44,810 bases of DNA from Candidatus Micrarchaeota archaeon. Its GTDB lineage: Archaea; Micrarchaeota; Micrarchaeia; Anstonellales; Bilamarchaeaceae. Both the position numbers and the translations under genes were made by a program. Shown here piece after piece: positions 8,043-17,948 of the stretch (the stretch's first letter is position 1; the number at the start of each line of letters is the position of its first letter). Location of the stretch: positions 1-44,810 of the forward strand of contig JACCLH010000009.1 of assembly GCA_013425375.1 (NCBI GenBank). Direction: 5' to 3'. Under the pieces are notes generated by a model, which had not been told where the DNA came from, did not search any database, and was given only the letters and a program-made list of their open reading frames with translations.

Positions 8043-8747
8043 ATGATGTCTATGAGTCTCAACAAATATGCGGCTGAACTGATTGGGACTTTCGTGTTGG
8101 TCCTGATAGGGTGCGGGAGCGCAGTCATAGCAGGAGGCCAGATAGGATACCTGGGGATAGCCCTGGCCTTCGGTTTCGCTGTGCTATCCATGGTATACGC
8201 GATTGGCGGCATCTCGGGGTGCCATATCAATCCGGCGATAACCGTGGCGATGCTGGTCGCTGGCAAGATCAAGCTGAAAGATGCGGCAGGGTACATGATC
8301 TCGCAATGCATCGGAGCGATAGCTGCGTCCGCGGTGCTGCTCGTGATTGCAAGCGGAAACCCGGCTTATTCGCTCGCTGTCAACGGGCTTGGCCAGAATG
8401 GATACGGACCGGATTATCTTGGAGGGTATTCGCTTGTGGCGGCTTTGGTCGCTGAGGTGGTCCTGACAATGGTATTCCTGCTCGTGATATTCGGTGCGAC
8501 GAGCAAGGGAGCGCCTTCAGGTTTCGCTGGGCTCGCGATAGGCATTTCCCTTGTGTTCATACACCTTGTCAGCATACCGATCACCGGCACTTCGGTCAAC
8601 CCGGCACGGAGTTTAGGCCCTGCTGTGATTGCCGGCGGGAACGCCCTGGCGCAGCTGCCGGTGTTCATAATCGCTCCGCTTATCGGGGCTGTGCTGGCAG
8701 CGTTGATCTGGGAGTATGTCCTGGGCAAGAAACCAGAAAAAGAATGA
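8043..8747 (+). CDS. aqpZ: Aquaporin Z / MIP-family water channel
   Basis: Two NPA boxes (HINPAITVA, SVNPARSLG) and near-colinear similarity to AqpZ (AAELIGTFVLVLIGCGSAV...). The ORF opens at TTG 8022. ATG 8043 is preferred because TATA-like AATATAT lies at 8012-8018. Confidence 0.92.
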   Translation: MMSMSLNKYAAELIGTFVLVLIGCGSAVIAGGQIGYLGIALAFGFAVLSMVYAIGGISGCHINPAITVAMLVAGKIKLKDAAGYMISQCIGAIAASAVLLVIASGNPAYSLAVNGLGQNGYGPDYLGGYSLVAALVAEVVLTMVFLLVIFGATSKGAPSGFAGLAIGISLVFIHLVSIPITGTSVNPARSLGPAVIAGGNALAQLPVFIIAPLIGAVLAALIWEYVLGKKPEKE

Positions 8748-8755
8748 CCGCACCA

Positions 8756-8787
8756 TTTCTTTGTTTTTTATTTTGCTGTTTTTTGTC
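8756..8787 (+). terminator. Oligo-T tract, archaeal-type terminator downstream of aqpZ
   Basis: TTTCTTTGTTTTTTATTTTGCTGTTTTTTGTC begins 9 nt after the aqpZ stop and contains several runs of four to six T. Confidence 0.4.
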
Positions 8788-8797
8788 TAGTGGTAAG

Positions 8798-9745
8798 TCA
8801 GCCCTTCTTCTTGGAATCGCCATTATTCTTCAGGTGGGCGTAGGATTTCCAGTAGAAGAAGCCCACCACCATGAAGGTTGAGATTGGCGAGAGCCACGAC
8901 GGAATGTCGTAACCGAAGCTGTCCAGTATCATTATCGCGCCAAGCACAAGGATGGAGTACATGGCTCCGTTCTTCAGGAACACGTACTTTTTTATGTTCT
9001 CTATGTTGCGTATCGTCAGCTCCCGGACAAGGAATGCTCCGATGCCGTTGCCGATTAGGATGAGCGGTACTGCAAGCGTGAAGGCGAACGCACCCACCAC
9101 CCCATCTATGGAGAATGTGGCGTCTATCACTTCAAGGTAAAGGAGTTTGGACACATCGCTCAGACCTTCTGAACCGCCCTGCTCACGGAGTTCCATCTCT
9201 TTCTGCTCTGCGTTCTGCTTGAAGCCATGCACTATGAAGAACGCTGTGGAACCGACCACGCCTCCGAACGCCACCATCGGGTCCATGTTTATGGCATACC
9301 AGGTGATGACGGCAAGGAAGATGGAGACTACAGCGAAGAACCACACGCTCTGGGATTTGAAGAACCTCTCGCCAGGAAGGCCGAACTGCTTCTCCTCCAT
9401 GAAAAGCCAGTGGAAGAAAAGGAAAACCAGGAAGACACCGCCGCCCATGAGAAGGATGGGGCCGCTGGCCTCCACCGCCGCGACCACGCTCGGGTCGCTG
9501 CTCAGGGTGGCTGTGAATGCTCCGATAGGACCGAGGGCAGGATTGGCGACGAACAGGATGAGGCCGGGGAGGGCGCCCCTCACAAGGAAGACTGCAATTA
9601 TGAGCCCCCAGAGAAGGAACCATTTACGGGCCCGCTCGGACATCTTAGACAGTATTTCGGCGTTGATTATCGCATTATCAAGGCTGGTTATGCCCTCGAA
9701 GAATGCCAGTCCGAGGACTGTCAGGGTCATGCCCAATATGTCCAC
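8798..9745 (-). CDS. TerC/DUF475-family integral membrane protein
   Basis: 315 aa, polytopic. The N-terminal FFEGITSLDNAIINAEIL resembles the E..LS.DNA..NA motif of the TerC/DUF475 superfamily. Confidence 0.7.
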   Translation of the reverse strand: MDILGMTLTVLGLAFFEGITSLDNAIINAEILSKMSERARKWFLLWGLIIAVFLVRGALPGLILFVANPALGPIGAFTATLSSDPSVVAAVEASGPILLMGGGVFLVFLFFHWLFMEEKQFGLPGERFFKSQSVWFFAVVSIFLAVITWYAINMDPMVAFGGVVGSTAFFIVHGFKQNAEQKEMELREQGGSEGLSDVSKLLYLEVIDATFSIDGVVGAFAFTLAVPLILIGNGIGAFLVRELTIRNIENIKKYVFLKNGAMYSILVLGAIMILDSFGYDIPSWLSPISTFMVVGFFYWKSYAHLKNNGDSKKKG

Positions 9746-9799
9746 AATCAGCTTTGTTGCATGATGATGGTTAAAAATATGCAGGGCGTATGTGGAAGC

Positions 9800-12319
9800 A
9801 TGAGACTAACATTCTCGATTTTGGCCATCATAGTGTTCGCTGGCATGGTGTTCGCGGCGGATGATGTGTTCGAGGTTTCCATATCGCCCAGCCATCCCGG
9901 CCCGGACGATGAGGTGACCATAACCGCTGTCTATTCAGGCGCTGACGTACCCATCAGGGTGATAAGGATATTCGTGGATGGGGAGCAGGCGGAGGCATGC
10001 GAGACCAAGACGTGCGCATTCACCGGCGGGCCCTACGAGGACGGATTCGAGTACTATGCGACCTATGAGGATACCATTGGCGGCTCAGGGGAGAGCGAGG
10101 TAGTGGTCGTATCGCTACCTGACAAGGACCATGATGGCATCTTTGACTTCGAAGACAACTGCCCGGATGTTTCGAACCATAACCAGACAGACCAGGATGG
10201 GGATAACATCGGCGATGTGTGCGACAACTGCAAGCTTGTGAAGAACAGCTACCAGGATGACGAGGATGGGGACAGTGTCGGTGATATGTGCGACAACTGC
10301 ATGGAGATAAGCAATGACGACCAGAGAGACTCCGACGCGGATGGTGTCGGTGATGCATGCGACAACTGCGCCAACTTAGCCAACCCGAAACAAACAGATT
10401 ATGATGAAGATGGTATCGGAAACGAATGCGACAACTGCGAGTTTGACCCGAATCCTGACCAGAATGACAGTGACTACAAGGAGGTCTGCCCTGGAAGCGG
10501 CAAGGGCAGCCAGCCCGGGGATACGGTATGCCAAAAGGTGTATGATGGCTATGCCGATGCTTGCGACAACTGCCCTGACATCTACAATCCAGGCCAGGAG
10601 GATAGCGACAACGACGGGACAGGAGACATCTGCGACAACTGTCCTGAGATATCCAACTGGAAGCAGGGCGATATAGATGGCGACGGGCTTGGAAATGCGT
10701 GCGATTGCGATGACCATTACAAAGGGGAGAACGAGACAGGTGCCGACTGCGGGGGAATATGCGGCGGCACCTGCCCGGCTTGCGTACCAATCCTTTACAG
10801 CGGCAGCCCATCGGCTAAGATAGATATCGTCTTTGTTCCTGACAAGGACTATTATGGCGATATGAAGACGTTCCTGAGCGATGTGGATAACATCATAAAC
10901 CAGGGCTACCTGAAGGCCGAGGAGTTCAATGATTCTAGGTGCAAGTTCAACTTCTACTATTACCCACAGGCCGGCGAATACAAGGAGGTCTGCGCGGCAT
11001 GGGACCTGCCACCTGCGGAGAAGGTGGATTGCGCTTTCGCAGATGCGACTGCGATAGTGTTCAAGAGCAACAAGAGGGCATGCTCATCAGGGGTGTTCTC
11101 GCTTCCGTCCAATGATCCTAAGACCGCGGTCCATGAGACCGGGCATTCAATATTCGGGATGGCTGATGAATACTGTTGTGATGGTGGCTACTGGCAGCCA
11201 GACGCTCCGTATCCTAACGTATTCGATTCTAAGGCAACCTGCCAGGCCGGTTCGGCAAGCCCTTCTACATGCCTGAACTACTGCCCTGAGAAGAGATGCT
11301 GGCCTGGCCCGGCGACTTCCATCGCCACCTGCAGGAACTATTACAAATCCAAGGGCTGGGACCCCGATGAATGCGACTGCAAGGCATGGGCTAAGAAGAA
11401 CGGGATGCCGGAAAGCTCGTGCACCCAGACAAGCTCTGACAACTGCCCGCAGGTCTATGTGGATTATTGGAAAGCGCGGAACGTTTTCAAATCAGAACTC
11501 ACGACCATCTCCCCGAACTGGTGCAACTGGCGCGGTTATGGGATAACCGAGTGCTGCGCGAACAACGGCAACGGATGGTGGAAGTCAGACCCTGAGAACT
11601 GCACCATGCTGAACGGCAATGTGTTCGGCAATGACTGCAGCGGGCGCGTGGAAGCGAAGCTGGATTCGCTGCATTCCTGCGAGCCGATAAAGATGACGGG
11701 ATTTGTTAGTACCGAGAAGAAGGCGGTCGTGATAGATTACTTTTTCAGCGGTATAAAGAACGATACTGACGGGGGCAATGCCAGCTGGAATGGTGGCGCA
11801 CGGGTCATCCACCGGGCTGTGAACATCACGTATAGCGAACCGCCGAACAATTTCCGCCAGCGTGGCGAGTTCCGCGCGCGGGCGAACACCTCGAACGGGA
11901 CATACGAGTTCTATATAGAGGACCCGCGTATGTACAGGCTTTCTGACGTGGATAATTTCGAGCAGGGCATGGTTGTGGGGAACGAATCCGAGCTGAGCGT
12001 CGTCCTTCCGGTTGTACCGGGCATGACCATCATCGAGATTGTGGATGATGCGACGAACGAGACCCTGGATACGCTCGATGTCCTGCCTTACATCCAGGCA
12101 TTCTGCCAGGGAAAGAACGATAGCGACTGCGCGGAATATGGCGGGGTTGAAACCAGGGAACCCCAGGCCCAGGAAAACGAGACTGGTGGGGAGCGCACCC
12201 AGCCGCAAGAGAGAACCGGGGGGATTGATCCTATAGTCATCATTGCCGGCATTGCCATCGTATTGGGCGTTGCGGTGGCGGCATGGTGGTTCCTGGTAAG
12301 GAAACCGCCAAGCAGGTGA
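9800..12319 (+). CDS. Secreted thrombospondin-type-3-repeat protein with an M64 (IgA-peptidase)-like zinc metallopeptidase domain and a C-terminal TM anchor
   Basis: Start trimmed to ATG 9800 (signal peptide MRLTFSILAIIVFAGMVFA); the longer ORF from 9227 is antisense to the previous gene. About 8 D.D.DG.GD.CDNC repeats, then VHETGHSIFGMADEY (compare the M64 HE.GHS..G.ADEY motif), then the C-terminal IVIIAGIAIVLGVAVAAWWFLVRKPPSR. Confidence 0.85.
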   Translation: MRLTFSILAIIVFAGMVFAADDVFEVSISPSHPGPDDEVTITAVYSGADVPIRVIRIFVDGEQAEACETKTCAFTGGPYEDGFEYYATYEDTIGGSGESEVVVVSLPDKDHDGIFDFEDNCPDVSNHNQTDQDGDNIGDVCDNCKLVKNSYQDDEDGDSVGDMCDNCMEISNDDQRDSDADGVGDACDNCANLANPKQTDYDEDGIGNECDNCEFDPNPDQNDSDYKEVCPGSGKGSQPGDTVCQKVYDGYADACDNCPDIYNPGQEDSDNDGTGDICDNCPEISNWKQGDIDGDGLGNACDCDDHYKGENETGADCGGICGGTCPACVPILYSGSPSAKIDIVFVPDKDYYGDMKTFLSDVDNIINQGYLKAEEFNDSRCKFNFYYYPQAGEYKEVCAAWDLPPAEKVDCAFADATAIVFKSNKRACSSGVFSLPSNDPKTAVHETGHSIFGMADEYCCDGGYWQPDAPYPNVFDSKATCQAGSASPSTCLNYCPEKRCWPGPATSIATCRNYYKSKGWDPDECDCKAWAKKNGMPESSCTQTSSDNCPQVYVDYWKARNVFKSELTTISPNWCNWRGYGITECCANNGNGWWKSDPENCTMLNGNVFGNDCSGRVEAKLDSLHSCEPIKMTGFVSTEKKAVVIDYFFSGIKNDTDGGNASWNGGARVIHRAVNITYSEPPNNFRQRGEFRARANTSNGTYEFYIEDPRMYRLSDVDNFEQGMVVGNESELSVVLPVVPGMTIIEIVDDATNETLDTLDVLPYIQAFCQGKNDSDCAEYGGVETREPQAQENETGGERTQPQERTGGIDPIVIIAGIAIVLGVAVAAWWFLVRKPPSR
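10121..10712 (+). repeat. Tandem coding repeats (thrombospondin type 3 calcium-binding repeats, 23-codon period)
   Basis: TGCGACAACTGC recurs at 10220, 10289, 10358 and 10427 (exact 69-nt spacing), again at 10562, and as TGCGACAACTGT at 10631. Confidence 0.85.
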
Positions 12320-12329
12320 AAACAGATAG

Positions 12330-13865
12330 CTAGCTGGCCTTCTTTTGCCTCCTGCCGGCTTTTTTCCTTCTCCGGAAAAGCACATAGGCGAACAGGATGA
12401 AGAGGCCGATGATGCCGCCATAGTCGAAGAGCGGGATGAGGAAACAGCAGTAGAGCAACACGCCTCCGATGCCAAGCAGCGCGATGAGCATCTCGCCTGA
12501 GTTGTGCATCGCATGGAAGAACGCTGCGATTGGCACGCCGACGAAGAGGCCGAGGCCTGGAGCCTGGAATCTCCTTTCGATCAACCAACCGATGATTGCT
12601 CCGGTCAATGCAGTGTAGAATCCGTGGTTGGCTGAGAAAAGGATGGCCCGCAAGAAGAAGACCACGAACCAGCCGAGGATGTTAGACCCCATGGGGTTGG
12701 AAAGCAGATACACCCAATTCTCTATGAACGAGAAGCCCATGCCGATGACAAAACCGAAAAGGATGCCGTCCTCTATGGAGTCGTATTCGTGGTGTTCTGA
12801 AACAAGGCAGAGCCCGGCGCCTTTGTAGAACTCCTCCACAGGGGGGGTGAGCATGAAGGTGCTGATGAAGGCCAGGCCTGCGAATCCAAGGATGGCACCG
12901 GCTATCGTGTTGAAGCCGATGGCCATCAGGGCTGCCAGGCAACCCCAAAGGAAAAGCGTCACCACAAGGCGAAGCGGCTCCCTCTCCCGGAATTCCATGT
13001 ACCACCAGATGACGCACCAGACATAGGGTATGACGAACGCCATCAGGCCGGAAAGCACGAAAGCGACGAGCGCGGTCTCGGATTTCCAGACCTCTGCTGA
13101 GATGGCCATGTAGAAGAGCATGATGAAGATGCCTACGGTTTCAAGGAGCCAGAAATATGGCGAGAGTATGAAGGAATGGAATTTCTGGAGGATAGTCTTG
13201 CCGTTGGACAGGGGGGAGATTAGGGAAGCGAGGGTGTATTCGCCTTTGAATAGTGTGGTGTGGCTGGTATGGCTGGCGATATAGAACATGAGCAGGGTTA
13301 TGGGGAGCAGAATGGCTGCTGAAATCAGGAGCAGGAGAGTTATGATCGAGGAGGCGCTCCAGAAGTTCTCCTCGTAGGTGGACCAGTCCGCGCTGAGCTC
13401 TATCGGCTGGGAGGCATATTCCTTGTCTTCTGTGATGAGGACCGCGAATATCTTATAGTCCTGCGAGCGGAGATAGTTGTAGGGGACCAGGGCAGTGCAT
13501 GGGAATTCGGTCTGGCTGGCATAATCCTCGAAGAGCTCAAAATCCTCAAGGCAGTCTACCACCCCCACACGTTTGCCGTCTGCATAGATGTAGAGTGAGA
13601 GGGTGTCCGGGGTCGTGAGGGGCGGGGTCGCGATGGTGGTACTGAGCCCGTAGGGCGAATCGTCCGGAACGATGCTGGATGGCACTACGGCCGACAGCGT
13701 CAGGCCGCTGTTCTGCTCCATATCCCCGATTTCCAGCTTGATGTCGTTCTCTGCAAGGAAAGGCAGGAAGATGGTGAGGATGCTCAGGAGGATACCGCAG
13801 AGCGCAGCTAGCAGCACCAGACCTATGAATATGCGGTTAATGGTTTGAAGCAATTTCTCACTCAC
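12330..13865 (-). CDS. PrsW-family intramembrane protease with an N-terminal extracytoplasmic domain
   Basis: The C-terminal half carries PrsW-like motifs PPVEEFYKGAG, GMGFSFIENWVY, SANHGFYTALTG and FFHAMHNSG across multiple TM helices. The ORF opens at TTG 13910. GTG 13865 (MSEKLLQTINRIFIGLVLL) is preferred because it leaves a 79-nt divergent promoter region. Confidence 0.72.
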   Translation of the reverse strand: MSEKLLQTINRIFIGLVLLAALCGILLSILTIFLPFLAENDIKLEIGDMEQNSGLTLSAVVPSSIVPDDSPYGLSTTIATPPLTTPDTLSLYIYADGKRVGVVDCLEDFELFEDYASQTEFPCTALVPYNYLRSQDYKIFAVLITEDKEYASQPIELSADWSTYEENFWSASSIITLLLLISAAILLPITLLMFYIASHTSHTTLFKGEYTLASLISPLSNGKTILQKFHSFILSPYFWLLETVGIFIMLFYMAISAEVWKSETALVAFVLSGLMAFVIPYVWCVIWWYMEFREREPLRLVVTLFLWGCLAALMAIGFNTIAGAILGFAGLAFISTFMLTPPVEEFYKGAGLCLVSEHHEYDSIEDGILFGFVIGMGFSFIENWVYLLSNPMGSNILGWFVVFFLRAILFSANHGFYTALTGAIIGWLIERRFQAPGLGLFVGVPIAAFFHAMHNSGEMLIALLGIGGVLLYCCFLIPLFDYGGIIGLFILFAYVLFRRRKKAGRRQKKAS

Positions 13866-13944
13866 CGGCTTTCTTGGATTTTTCCATGGATGGCATAGGC
13901 GGGGATGCAATTAAATGTTTGCGGATGAAGAAAGTGCGGTGATA

Positions 13945-15117
13945 ATGCTGTTCGAAGGCATAAAGAGAAACGTAATCGTGCTGGGCATCGTCAGCTTCCT
14001 CACTGATGTGTCCAGCGAGATGGTATTCCCGATCATCCCGCTTTTCCTGACCACGGTGCTCGGCGTAGGCACGGAAATAGTCGGACTGGTGGAGGGTGTG
14101 GCTGACAGCATCTCCAGCCTGCTGGACATATTCTTCGGCTATTGGTCTGACCTCAGGGGAAGGAGGAAGGATTTCGTGGTGGCAGGCTACGGACTGTCGG
14201 CTATCCTGAAGGCAGGGCTGGTGTTAGCCACCATCTGGCAGCAGATATTGCTGATACGGGGCCTGGAGAGGGTGGGCAAGAGCATACGGACATCGCCGAG
14301 GGATGCTATAATAGCGGAATCGGCTGATGAGAAGAGCAGGGGGGCCGCCTTCGGCCTCCACAGGGCCAAGGATACGATGGGAGCGGTTGTAGGGCCGCTC
14401 TTGGCTTTGGCCATATTGTCCTTGTACGGACAGGGCGAGAGCGGATATCGTACGGTGTTCATGTTCGGGCTGGTCCCTGCTGCGCTCGCGGTCTTCACCA
14501 TACTCCTGTTCGTGCGCGAGCCAAAGAAAACACCGCAGAAGGAAGCGGTGAAGAAACCGCATTTCTGGGAGTCGCTCCGCATGCTCGGCCAGGGTTACAA
14601 ACGATTCCTCATGATATCCTGCCTGTTCTCGCTGGCGTATTTCAGCTTCGCGCTCTTGATCGTGAGGGCGAGCAATATCGGGATAGCTACCCAGGACATA
14701 CTGCTGATATATGTCCTCTATAACGTGGTCTATGCGATAGCATCCATGCCGATAGGGACGCTTTCCGACAGGATCGGGCGGAAGCATGTGATAGCCGCAT
14801 CATTCATGCTTTATGCCCTGATATGCGTGGGTTTCATATTCGTGAGCGATTTCTGGCAGGTGGCTGCACTTTTCGCGATTTATGGGATTTTCGTGGCGGC
14901 TGACGAGTCTGTGAATAAGGCTTACATTTCTGACATGGTCGAGGAGAAGAGTAGGGGAATTGCGTTGGGGGCATATAACAGCGCGGTAGGCGCGGTCTAT
15001 CTGCCGGCGAACGCCATATTCGGAGCGATATGGGCTGGTTTGGGGGCTACTGTGGCATTCGGGGCTGCTGCGGCGGTCGCAGTCGGAGCCGGAATCCTTA
15101 TGGCTACGCAGAAGTAG
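13945..15117 (+). CDS. Major facilitator superfamily transporter
   Basis: About 12 hydrophobic spans with an MFS-like layout (LGIVSFLTDVSSEMVFPIIPLFL, loop GYWSDLRGRRK, SDRIGRK). An alternative start is ATG 13915. Confidence 0.85.
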   Translation: MLFEGIKRNVIVLGIVSFLTDVSSEMVFPIIPLFLTTVLGVGTEIVGLVEGVADSISSLLDIFFGYWSDLRGRRKDFVVAGYGLSAILKAGLVLATIWQQILLIRGLERVGKSIRTSPRDAIIAESADEKSRGAAFGLHRAKDTMGAVVGPLLALAILSLYGQGESGYRTVFMFGLVPAALAVFTILLFVREPKKTPQKEAVKKPHFWESLRMLGQGYKRFLMISCLFSLAYFSFALLIVRASNIGIATQDILLIYVLYNVVYAIASMPIGTLSDRIGRKHVIAASFMLYALICVGFIFVSDFWQVAALFAIYGIFVAADESVNKAYISDMVEEKSRGIALGAYNSAVGAVYLPANAIFGAIWAGLGATVAFGAAAAVAVGAGILMATQK

Positions 15118-15750
15118 CTATTTCAGGACCTTGCCGGTCTCCATGTACCAAAGGTAGAGATCCAGCTCGCCCTGACACAGGCCAGAACGCGATGCGACCG
15201 TTTCGAGAGCATGCTCGATTTCGAGGTACTTTTTCCGCGGGAGCGATTTGTTTTTGGGTTTTTTGATTATTTTGTGGCGGGCGAGCAGACCTATTATGTG
15301 GAAATCTATTATCGCCAGGTCGCGGCAACCAATATTCCTGAGGAAGTGGCTCGCCTCCTTGTAGCCGAGGCCGAGGATGTTTTCTGCGAGCCAGGCCCGG
15401 AGGACCTTCTCATCACCGGCTGAGGCAAGCATGCCCTTGAGCTTTCTGCGGCGCTTTCTCGCTTCTACTATATACCGCGCCCTTGTATTGGGAAAACGGT
15501 AGCCGAGGCGCCTGAGCTCTGCGGCGAGTGCTGGCTCTGGCAGGCTTGTGAAGCCGCCGCCTATCGCATCCTGTATCCTTATCGCACCTTCGGCACTGTA
15601 GTTGGCGGTTAGAAGGCAGAAACAGAGTTCGCTGAATACCTCATCTTCGGATTGGGCCCGTCTCGCCTCAAATTCCGCCATGCGCCTTTTCACCGACGAT
15701 GCGACGCGGCCTTTTTTTAGCGATTCGAGCGAGCGGCAGAGCGCTTCCAT
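15118..15750 (-). CDS. ogg: 8-oxoguanine DNA glycosylase/AP lyase, archaeal Ogg2 type
   Basis: Colinear with Methanocaldococcus-type Ogg: ELCFCLLTANYSAEGAIRIQ, GLGYKEASHFLRNIG, LAIIDFHII, YLEIE, LDLYLWYMETGKVLK (HhH-GPD Lys/Asp present). Confidence 0.9.
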   Translation of the reverse strand: MEALCRSLESLKKGRVASSVKRRMAEFEARRAQSEDEVFSELCFCLLTANYSAEGAIRIQDAIGGGFTSLPEPALAAELRRLGYRFPNTRARYIVEARKRRRKLKGMLASAGDEKVLRAWLAENILGLGYKEASHFLRNIGCRDLAIIDFHIIGLLARHKIIKKPKNKSLPRKKYLEIEHALETVASRSGLCQGELDLYLWYMETGKVLK

Positions 15751-15805
15751 TATGATGATTGTGCTGAGGTTAGTTTATTAAAAGTTGGGGTTATAGAAAC
15801 CGGGC

Positions 15806-17329
15806 ATGGAAGACCCGTTCATTATGGCTGCCGAAGCCGCGCACAAGTGCCGGATAACATCGAACCCCGGCATTGAGAAGCTGAGGGAGATGGCAAGGCC
15901 AGATGAGCAGACGACAGAGTACGGAAGCGCCAACTACATAACTTCAGTTCGCTCGAGGAGCGCAAAATTCACGGAAATCGTGTTCACAGCTTCGCCCCAG
16001 CAGGAGAAGATGCTGGCAGAGGTGAGCGCATATCTGGATGGAAAGGAGCTCATAGCCATCGACCGCATCATGTGCCTGCGGGGGGGTTATGAGACCCCGA
16101 TAAGGCTTTTTGTGACAAAAAAGTTCGCCAGGCTCGCATACATGTGGGGAAGGATGCTTTTCGTGCCTGCCAAGGAGGTGGAACGGCCGGAGTTCACCAT
16201 CATCGATATCCCTGAATGGCCCGAGCGCAAAGTCCTCGTGGACCCTAAGAACTTCATCACGTTCATACTCGGCTCGGATTATTGCGGTGAGATAAAGAAA
16301 GCGGGCCTGCGCATGGTGATGTACGCGCACAAGACGAAGCGGGGCGGCCTCGGGTTGCACGCCGGCTCGAAGATACTCAGGGTGCTGGATGCCGGGGGCA
16401 GGGGGTTCATCGAAAAGGGGGTGCTTCTTTTCGGCCTGAGCGCGACAGGCAAGACGACGCTTACGTGCCACCACCACTGGCTGGACGCATCCAAAGGGGA
16501 GCGCGTGAGAATCAGGCAGGATGACATCGTCCTGCTCAACAGGGACAGCTCGGCGGTGGGGACCGAGGATAATTTCTACATAAAGACAGATGGCCTGGAA
16601 CCGGATTCGCAGCCGCTCCTCTACAAGGGCGCGACATCACCGAACGCGATACTGGAGAACGTGAAGGTGGATGGGGCTGGCAGGGTGGATTTCTTCGATT
16701 CGAGCATAACCTCGAACGGGAGGGGCGTGGTGATAAGGAAGGAGCTGGATTTCACTGATGCGTCCATAGACCTGGAGCGTGTGGATATGATGGTGTTCAT
16801 AACCCGGAGGAAGACGATTGTGCCACCCATAGCCAGGCTCAATCCGGAGCAGGCCGCAGCGTTCTTCATGCTCGGCGAATCCGTGGAATCCTCTGCGGGT
16901 GACCCGGCGCAGGCAGGGAGGCCGCTTCGCGTCGTCGGGACGAACCCGTTCATAATCGGGCCCCTGGAGGAGGAAGGAAACCGCTTCCTGGAGATTCTGA
17001 GGGCGAATCCGCATATCGAATGCTACCTCCTGAGCACTGGGGCATGCGGGGCACACCCCGGAGTGGATGATGGGGTGAAAATCACAGTGTACGATTCTGC
17101 GCGGCTGCTTGCCGATGCCGCCAGGGGCGCGATAAAATGGGAAACGGATCCTGATTGGGGTTATGAGGTGGCGGCCGAGGTCGGCGATGTGGATATGCGG
17201 CGTTTCGACCCGGAGAGGCACTACAGCGAAAACGAGTACCGGCGCCTGACCGAAGAGCTGAAAGCTGAGCGGCGGGCATGGCTAGGGCAGTTCAAAGGGT
17301 TGAAGAGGGAAATCGCCGGGGCAGTCTGA
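15806..17329 (+). CDS. pckA: Phosphoenolpyruvate carboxykinase (ATP), divergent
   Basis: 507 aa. P-loop FGLSATGKTTLT (compare GLSGTGKTTLS), RQDDIVLL in the place of GDDEHGW, downstream TSNGRGVV and the FFMLGES region. Confidence 0.78.
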   Translation: MEDPFIMAAEAAHKCRITSNPGIEKLREMARPDEQTTEYGSANYITSVRSRSAKFTEIVFTASPQQEKMLAEVSAYLDGKELIAIDRIMCLRGGYETPIRLFVTKKFARLAYMWGRMLFVPAKEVERPEFTIIDIPEWPERKVLVDPKNFITFILGSDYCGEIKKAGLRMVMYAHKTKRGGLGLHAGSKILRVLDAGGRGFIEKGVLLFGLSATGKTTLTCHHHWLDASKGERVRIRQDDIVLLNRDSSAVGTEDNFYIKTDGLEPDSQPLLYKGATSPNAILENVKVDGAGRVDFFDSSITSNGRGVVIRKELDFTDASIDLERVDMMVFITRRKTIVPPIARLNPEQAAAFFMLGESVESSAGDPAQAGRPLRVVGTNPFIIGPLEEEGNRFLEILRANPHIECYLLSTGACGAHPGVDDGVKITVYDSARLLADAARGAIKWETDPDWGYEVAAEVGDVDMRRFDPERHYSENEYRRLTEELKAERRAWLGQFKGLKREIAGAV

Positions 17330-17365
17330 AGGCATGCGATGCATCAAAGTGGATAATAGAGCGGG

Positions 17366-17899
17366 CTAGCGCCCTTTCCATATCGTTTCTGGCACCTTCT
17401 TCTTATAGTTCTCATATCGGCCAAGGACGAAAAGCAGATCGCCGACGCGGTTCATGTAGACAACGATGTCCGGATTGACCTTGTCCTTCTGTGATAGGGC
17501 GACGATGGCGCGCTCGACACGCCGGCAGACCGTCCTTGCCAGGTGGAGAAGCGATGCGGTCTTGCTGCCGCCAGGGGCTATGAAATGGTGGAGCGGCGGG
17601 AGCTCGGCCTCCATTTTATCTATCTCGGCCTCGATTTCGCTGACGCGTTTTGGGGCTATCTGTTTGGCCTTGCTGCCTTTCGAAGCCAGTTCTGCGCCTA
17701 TGACGAACAGGTCGCCCTGCACCCGCTTCAGGGATTCAGAGAGCGCGCCGTTATCTGAGAAGGCGAGGACGATTCCTAAGGTGGCATTGAGCTCATCCAC
17801 AGAACCATAGGCTTCCAGACGCGGGTCGCTTTTAGGGACCGCGGTGCCGCCAAGAAGAGAGGTGTTGCCCTTATCGCCGAATTTGGTATAGATGCGCAT
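17366..17899 (-). CDS. ATP:cob(I)alamin adenosyltransferase, PduO type
   Basis: MRIYTKFGDKGNTSLLGG...RLEAYGSVDELNATLG and FIAPGGS...LHLARTVCRRVER match the PduO/MMAB family. Confidence 0.88.
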   Translation of the reverse strand: MRIYTKFGDKGNTSLLGGTAVPKSDPRLEAYGSVDELNATLGIVLAFSDNGALSESLKRVQGDLFVIGAELASKGSKAKQIAPKRVSEIEAEIDKMEAELPPLHHFIAPGGSKTASLLHLARTVCRRVERAIVALSQKDKVNPDIVVYMNRVGDLLFVLGRYENYKKKVPETIWKGR

Positions 17900-17948
17900 G
17901 AGGATAATCGTGCAAAAGAATAAATAAACGCGCCTGTTTTACATACCC

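Noticed and set aside
9227-9799. N-terminal 191 codons of the 1030-aa ORF (9227-12319)
   Set aside because: This part is entirely antisense to the TerC/DUF475-like gene and has odd E/H/G/R-rich composition. A proper signal peptide begins at ATG 9800, just past the divergent gene's start.
10020-10811. 263-aa Cys/Arg/His-rich minus-strand ORF, and the ~69-nt periodic DNA repeat as a possible CRISPR-like array
   Set aside because: The periodicity comes from in-frame thrombospondin type 3 repeats of the + strand gene. The segments between repeats are themselves conserved repeat sequence, and there is no leader or cas context. The antisense ORF is a by-product.
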